NCBI GenBank assembly: GCA_002068885.1 | Contig: MWBC01000001.1 | Span: 1 to 60,448 of the forward strand | Source: an archaeon ADurb.Bin336 | GTDB taxonomy: Archaea; Iainarchaeota; Iainarchaeia; Iainarchaeales; JAAZKV01 | Reading direction: 5' to 3' | DNA: 60,448 bases | Shown: positions 55,375 to 60,448 of the stretch, piece by piece | Numbering within the stretch: position 1 is the first letter of the stretch | Layout of the letters: every line of letters starts with the position of its first letter | Notes under the pieces: model-generated | The model's input: the letters and a program-made list of their open reading frames with translations, nothing else | What the model was told of the DNA's origin: nothing | Databases searched by the model: none | Translations under genes and position numbers: made by a program

Positions 55375-57420
55375 ATGCAAAATTCTTTAACTCTTGAAAA
55401 ATTGTTTAACCCTAAAAGCGTAGCAATAATTGGGGCATCAAATACTCCGGGGAAGGTAGGGTATGCTATTGTAAAAAATTTGATTGAAGCTGATTATGCG
55501 GGGGAAGTAATTCCAATTAATATTAATGATAAAAACATACAAGGGTTAATTGCGTTTCCTTCTGTTCTAAAAGTTCCTAAACCAATTGATTTAGCAATAA
55601 TTTGTGTTCCTGCAAAAATTGTTCCAAGTGTGGTAAAAGAGTGTGCACAAAAAAACATTAAATCAGCAATAATAATAACCGCTGGTTTTGGAGAAACTGG
55701 GGTTGAAGGAAAAAAACTTGAAGAAGAATTAAAAAAAATTATTAAAGAAAACAATATGAGTGTAGTGGGGCCAAATACTTTAGGGGTAATTAATACCGCA
55801 AATGGTTTTAATGGTTCGTTTTCAGGTACTTTTCCAAAGCAAGGGAATATTGCGATAGTGTCTCAATCAGGAGCTATTTGTGCTGCGATTTTGGATTGGG
55901 CTCGGCAAGAAAAAGTTGGTTTTTCAAAATTCATTTCAACAGGAAACAAAGCGTTTCTTGATGAAGCAAATTATTTTGATTATTTAGAAAAAGATCCACA
56001 AACAAAAGCGGTTTTTGTTTACATGGAATCAGTAAAAAACCCTCCATTGTTTCTAAAAAAAGCGGCAAGTTTGGCAAAGAAAAAACCAATTATTTTATTA
56101 AAATCAGGTAGGTCTCAAGCAGGGCAAAAAGCTGCGATGAGTCATACGGGGGCACTAAGCATTGATGATGATATTGTTACTGTTGCTTGTAAGAAAGCAA
56201 ATATTTTGAGAATGGATTCAATGGAAGAGTTTTTTGATTTAGCCGAAATGTTATCCAAGTTGAAGAAAATAAAAGGATTTAGAATTGCGGTTGTTACAAA
56301 TGCGGGAGGGCCAGGGGTAATAGTAGCGGATGCTGCTTCAAAACACAAATTCAAACTCCCTCAATTTTCTGCAAAAACAATAGAAGCGGTTAAAGAAATT
56401 AATCCACACGCTTCTAACCCACTTGATTTAATTGGGGATGCAAAACCAACTGATTACAAAACTGCGTTAAGAGTACTACAAAGTGACTCTGAAATAGACC
56501 TTGTGTATGCACTACTCACTCCACAAAGCATGACTAATCCTGAAAGGGTTGCGGACATTATAGTTGCGTTGAATAAAAGAAAACCAATTATGGCTTCGTT
56601 TATTGGAGGAACAGCTGTATCAAACCCAAGGAGATACTTAAAAGACCAAAATGTAGTTGAATTTGAAACACCTGAAAGGGGAATAAAAGCACTATCTCAA
56701 CTAGAGAATTATTATGCTAGAAAAAAAATCAAAAAAGTGTTTGATCAAAAAACTAAGCAAAATCCTTTAATTGTGAAAATGTTGAAAGAAAAAAACCAAT
56801 TGACCATGGAAGAATCATTCAAGTTAATAAACGAGGTGGGGATACAAACACCAAAAACGATTTTCTTTTCAACTAAGGAAGAACTAAATTTATCTTCAAT
56901 AAAATACCCAGTTGCATTAAAAACAGCTAGTGGATTAGCACACAAAACAGATTATGGGTTAATAAAAGCAAACATCAAAAACGAAGAAGAGCTTCTTAAT
57001 CAAATAGAGTTAATGACACAAAACTCAATCAAACACAAAATAAAACCGTTCTTTGCATTACAAGAAATGTTACAAGGCCAAGAAGTACTCCTCTCAGCAA
57101 TAGAAAAAGATTTTGGAAAAGTAATTACTTATGGATTGGGAGGAATATTTGTTGAAGTGATGAAAGATGTTTCGCAAAAAATTGCTCCAATAAATGATTC
57201 TGATATTGAAGAAATGTTAGCTGAAGTGAAAGGAACAAAATTATTGCAAGGATATAGAACCAAAAAAGTGTATGATATAGAGTCAATGAAAAAAACCATG
57301 AAGCAATTATCTACATTGGTTTTAACTTATCCACAAATAAAAGAAATAGAATTTAACCCAGTGTTCGTTACAGAAAAAGGTTGCTTTGCAGTGGATGCTG
57401 TGATTACTCTAAAAGAGTAA
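55375..57420 (+). CDS. acd: Acetyl-CoA synthetase (ADP-forming), fused alpha-beta
   Basis: LFNPKSVAIIGASNTPGKVGYAI (CoA-binding), GPNTLG, SQSGA, MSHTGALS (phosphohistidine loop), C-terminal ATP-grasp. Confidence 0.88.
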   Translation: MQNSLTLEKLFNPKSVAIIGASNTPGKVGYAIVKNLIEADYAGEVIPININDKNIQGLIAFPSVLKVPKPIDLAIICVPAKIVPSVVKECAQKNIKSAIIITAGFGETGVEGKKLEEELKKIIKENNMSVVGPNTLGVINTANGFNGSFSGTFPKQGNIAIVSQSGAICAAILDWARQEKVGFSKFISTGNKAFLDEANYFDYLEKDPQTKAVFVYMESVKNPPLFLKKAASLAKKKPIILLKSGRSQAGQKAAMSHTGALSIDDDIVTVACKKANILRMDSMEEFFDLAEMLSKLKKIKGFRIAVVTNAGGPGVIVADAASKHKFKLPQFSAKTIEAVKEINPHASNPLDLIGDAKPTDYKTALRVLQSDSEIDLVYALLTPQSMTNPERVADIIVALNKRKPIMASFIGGTAVSNPRRYLKDQNVVEFETPERGIKALSQLENYYARKKIKKVFDQKTKQNPLIVKMLKEKNQLTMEESFKLINEVGIQTPKTIFFSTKEELNLSSIKYPVALKTASGLAHKTDYGLIKANIKNEEELLNQIELMTQNSIKHKIKPFFALQEMLQGQEVLLSAIEKDFGKVITYGLGGIFVEVMKDVSQKIAPINDSDIEEMLAEVKGTKLLQGYRTKKVYDIESMKKTMKQLSTLVLTYPQIKEIEFNPVFVTEKGCFAVDAVITLKE

Positions 57421-57429
57421 AATTTGGAG

Positions 57430-57779
57430 AAACAAAAATCTTTTTTTACAATAATTATTTTGTTTTGAAATTGTTTTGGGTTTCAAATTCATTTTGAAAT
57501 TGTTTTGGATTTAAATTTAATTTAATTTCAAAAAATAAAATCATTTTCATTTTAATTTTAAATTCATTTAATTTTAAGATTAATTTAGTTTCAAATAATT
57601 TTAATTTCAAATTTATTTTGATTTCAAAATTCAATTTAATTTCAAATTCATTTTGGCTTTAAAATAATTTTAATTTTAAACTTAATTTAATTTTAAATTT
57701 AATTTAGATTTAAATTCATTTTAATTTCAAAAAATCAATTTAGTTTGATTTAATAAAACTATTTCAACAAAAATTTTTT
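57430..57779 (+). repeat. AT-rich degenerate tandem repeats (AATTTAATTTCAAATTCATTTT-like)
   Basis: Read directly. The unit is close to the reverse complement of the 41.5-kb repeat unit (TTGAAATTAAAT vs TTGAATTAAAT). Confidence 0.6.
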
Positions 57780-58745
57780 ATGAGTAAAATTGGTGATTTA
57801 AAACTAAAAGGAGAAGTATTCTTGGCCCCAATGGCGGATTATACTAATATTGCTTATAGGACACTAGCAAAAGAATATGGGGTGGCACTAGTTTATACAG
57901 AATTAATCTCTGCAAAAGGATTACTAATGAAAAATAAGCGAACAGAAAAAATGCTACAAGTAAGCGAAAAAGAAAAACCAATTTTTTTACAATTGTTTGG
58001 TTCAAACCCACTTGATTTTGCTAATGCAATAAAAATAGTTGAAAAAAAATATCCTAACAATTTTGCTGGATTTGATTTAAACGCGGGGTGTTCAGTACCA
58101 AAAGCAATAAAAGGAAAATATGGGTGTGCCCTAATGAAAGACGCTCTTAATGTTGGACAAATTATTTCTTCAATGAAATCCTCTACAAATAAACCAATCT
58201 CAATAAAAATGCGTTTAGGGTGGAGTGAAGAAAATTTTTTGGATGTTGCAAGAGAAGCAGTTTTGAGTGGAGTGGATGCAATAACCCTTCACCCAAGGTT
58301 AGGGGTGGAAGGGTATAGGGGAAAAGCAAATTGGGGAAAAATAAAAGAATTAAAAAAAGAATTCAAATCAAAAGTAAAAATAATTGGTAATGGGGATTTG
58401 TCACAACCAAGGGACATAGTGTTAATGAAAGAAAAAACTAATTGTGATTTTGAAATGGTGGGGAGAAGCGCAATAGGAAACGCTTTCTTCTTCAAACAAG
58501 CTAATTGTGCGTTGTCGGGTAAAAAAATTCCTTTAAGAAATTTTGTTGAACAAAAAAAAGAAATAGAAAAATTTTTTGAATTAGTAGAAGAATTTAATTT
58601 AGGCCCAAATGATGTAAGGCCTTATTGCATTGGGTTTGTTAGAGGATTAGTGGGGGCTCCCTCTTTAAGAAACAAAATAGGGATGAGTAAAACAATAAGT
58701 GAAATGAAGAAAATAATTCAAGAGTATTTCCTGAATTATTCTTAA
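57780..58745 (+). CDS. dus: tRNA-dihydrouridine synthase
   Basis: LAPMADYTNIAYRTLAKEYG, LNAGCSVPKAIKGKYGCALM (catalytic Cys), ITLHPR, GNGD. Confidence 0.88.
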   Translation: MSKIGDLKLKGEVFLAPMADYTNIAYRTLAKEYGVALVYTELISAKGLLMKNKRTEKMLQVSEKEKPIFLQLFGSNPLDFANAIKIVEKKYPNNFAGFDLNAGCSVPKAIKGKYGCALMKDALNVGQIISSMKSSTNKPISIKMRLGWSEENFLDVAREAVLSGVDAITLHPRLGVEGYRGKANWGKIKELKKEFKSKVKIIGNGDLSQPRDIVLMKEKTNCDFEMVGRSAIGNAFFFKQANCALSGKKIPLRNFVEQKKEIEKFFELVEEFNLGPNDVRPYCIGFVRGLVGAPSLRNKIGMSKTISEMKKIIQEYFLNYS

Positions 58746-58800
58746 AAAAATTTAAGCTCAAAATCCTTAAATTTATTTTGAATATTTTTTTTGAAAGAAT

Positions 58801-58956
58801 TTATTCATTAGGGTAAATTTTTCTTGTTGTTTGGCCCCTTTTTACATAAGCAAGTGAAGATTCTTTGAATAATTTCTCGCACTTAGTTGAACAAAATTTT
58901 TCTTCACTAGTTTTAACTTCAAAAATAACTCCACACCTTGGGCAAATTTTTTTCAT
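58801..58956 (-). CDS. Small zinc-ribbon protein (51 aa)
   Basis: Hand translation: MKKICPRCGVIFEVKTSEEKFCSTKCEKLFKESSLAYVKRGQTTRKIYPNE*. Strong SD GGTGGAGGAG lies 7 nt upstream. Below the track cutoff. Confidence 0.6.
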   Translation of the reverse strand: MKKICPRCGVIFEVKTSEEKFCSTKCEKLFKESSLAYVKRGQTTRKIYPNE

Positions 58957-59075
58957 TAATAATCTCCTCCACCACCGCTTTTTTAATACAAAAAAGCAAT
59001 TAATTGTTTGTAAGGGTGGGCTTAAAAATCCTTTTTTGATGAATAATTAATATATAATAAAAAAAAGGTTTTTTT

Positions 59076-59747
59076 ATGGTTGATTTAAAAAAAATTTTTA
59101 AAAAACCTTTAGAAGTTTCTTTAAAAAATAATCCAATTATTGAAAATCCTAAAAAAAATAATTTTATTTCAAGCGAGTTTAATAAACCAAGTAAAGCGAA
59201 TCCTAAATGGGTTGAAAAACAAAAATTACTCCAATTATCCGAAATTAGTTTGGTTCTTGATGAATATGATGATATTTTTTCTGATTTTGACCCGAGAACA
59301 TTTGATAAAAGAGCTTTATCAGACGATTTTTTAGTTGAATTAAAACGAGCTAGTAGGGGAAATAAAAAAGGTTTATTTGAATTAAACTTATTAATTCCAC
59401 TTGAACAAAGAAAAGAAGAAACTGAAATTAAAATAAAAAAAAGATTAAGAGAACATTTTAAGAGACATCATGAAGAAATAAGAAAAGAAGTTGATAAAAT
59501 TAAATTAACAGGAATACTAATGGTATTATTCGGGTTATTATTATCAATATTATCAGTTATTTTTGTAGTGCCCTTTGAAGAACAAAACATATTCTTACAA
59601 GTACTAATGGTACTAATAGAACCCGCGGCATGGTTCACTATATGGGAAGGTGCAAACAAAATAATAGAGACTTGGAAAATACTAGCCCCAGATTTAGAGT
59701 TTTACAAAAAAATGACTAAATGTGAAATAAATTTTACTCCCTACTAA
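59076..59747 (+). CDS. Hypothetical membrane protein (two C-terminal TM helices)
   Basis: Soluble charged N-domain, then ILMVLFGLLLSILSVIFVV and VLMVLIEPAAWFTIW. Confidence 0.5.
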   Translation: MVDLKKIFKKPLEVSLKNNPIIENPKKNNFISSEFNKPSKANPKWVEKQKLLQLSEISLVLDEYDDIFSDFDPRTFDKRALSDDFLVELKRASRGNKKGLFELNLLIPLEQRKEETEIKIKKRLREHFKRHHEEIRKEVDKIKLTGILMVLFGLLLSILSVIFVVPFEEQNIFLQVLMVLIEPAAWFTIWEGANKIIETWKILAPDLEFYKKMTKCEINFTPY

Positions 59748-59813
59748 ATTTATTAATTTATTTATTTTACATAGGTTTTTATTTTAGGAAATGCTTTTAC
59801 TTGAAGTGATAAC

Positions 59814-60448
59814 TTGAAAAAAATTATTTTAATAACAATTTTTTTACTTTCTTTTTTGGGGGTAGCAGCATTCTCTGGGGGAAACGGAACCCAATCAAAC
59901 CCCTATCAAATAACTACTTGCCAAGAACTACAAGAAATTGAAGATTATTCTACTAATCAAATGCACTTTGTTTTAAATAATAATATTAATTGCTCAGGGA
60001 TAAATTTTAATCCAATTGGAACTGATAAAGGTTCAACAATTTATATGGATAATGGTTCTCCTATATGGGTATATGGTTTTAATGGAGTGCTTGAAGGAAA
60101 TAATTTTGAAATACAATATCTTACAATAAGTGATAAAAATATTGCAGGGTTATTTGGTCATGTGAATCCTTTAGGGATTATAAAAAATATAAAATTGAAA
60201 AATCATAATATTACTGGTAATATTGTTGTTGGTTCACTTGCGGGGAGTAATAGTGGTTTTATTAGCAATGTACACTCAACAGGAAATATTTATTTAAAAA
60301 TTCCTTTAACTCAAACAGAATATGGAAGGTCTATTGGTGGTTTAGTTGGAGAAAACTATTTCTTTACCGCAACCCCTAATTTAACTGCTAGTAAATTAAG
60401 TGGGTTAATAATTAATTCCTCCTCCCAAGGAAATGTGGCTTATAGTAA
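59814..60448 (+). CDS. Secreted beta-helix/GLUG-motif repeat protein, 5' part (runs off the window)
   Basis: TTG start right after an in-frame TGA. Signal peptide KKIILITIFLLSFLGVAAF, GNGTQSNPYQITTCQELQ, IAGLFG..VGSLAGSN..IGGLVGEN repeats. Confidence 0.55.
   Translation, partial: MKKIILITIFLLSFLGVAAFSGGNGTQSNPYQITTCQELQEIEDYSTNQMHFVLNNNINCSGINFNPIGTDKGSTIYMDNGSPIWVYGFNGVLEGNNFEIQYLTISDKNIAGLFGHVNPLGIIKNIKLKNHNITGNIVVGSLAGSNSGFISNVHSTGNIYLKIPLTQTEYGRSIGGLVGENYFFTATPNLTASKLSGLIINSSSQGNVAYS

Noticed and set aside
1-60448. Diversity-generating retroelement, reverse transcriptase, CRISPR-Cas, toxin-antitoxin pairs, rRNA or other structured RNAs
   Set aside because: No ORF has RT (YxDD), Cas or typical TA signatures. 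Apart from the four tRNAs there are no GC-rich non-coding islands that would suggest rRNA, RNase P or SRP RNA.

Overview
AT-rich (roughly 30% GC by eye) chromosomal segment of an archaeon. Archaeal markers are TFE, aTrm56, an initiator tRNA with an A1:U72 pair, DtdA, a KaiC-like ATPase, a class III (archaeal pilin) signal peptide, and an archaeal-type HMGS/thiolase/DUF35 set. Small, lysine-rich proteins suggest a DPANN-like lineage, but that is inference only. The right half is dominated by a near-complete archaeal (anhydromevalonate-type) mevalonate pathway: IDI2, class II HMGR, HMGS, thiolase, DUF35, MVK, UbiX, a UbiD-like decarboxylase, AcnX large and small subunits, and IPK. GGPP synthase and geranylgeranyl reductase with its ferredoxin lie nearby, followed by a four-subunit pyruvate:ferredoxin oxidoreductase and an ADP-forming acetyl-CoA synthetase. 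The left half holds four tRNAs, translation and replication housekeeping genes, surface proteins, a type II R-M pair and a tyrosine recombinase. The main points for follow-up are: (1) a 367-aa LAGLIDADG intein inside the TPP motif of PorB; (2) a bacterial-type long RelA/SpoT homolog paired divergently with a possible HPF-like gene; (3) a roughly 0.76-kb segment bracketed by about 30-nt inverted repeats next to the recombinase, a candidate inverton; (4) a four-member family of small basic proteins with conserved promoters and a 54-nt identical tract; (5) long intergenic tracts that use almost only three of the four bases and consist of degenerate tandem repeats; (6) a codon-usage mosaic that changes even inside genes. 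Many ORF-track entries are antisense shadows and are not called.
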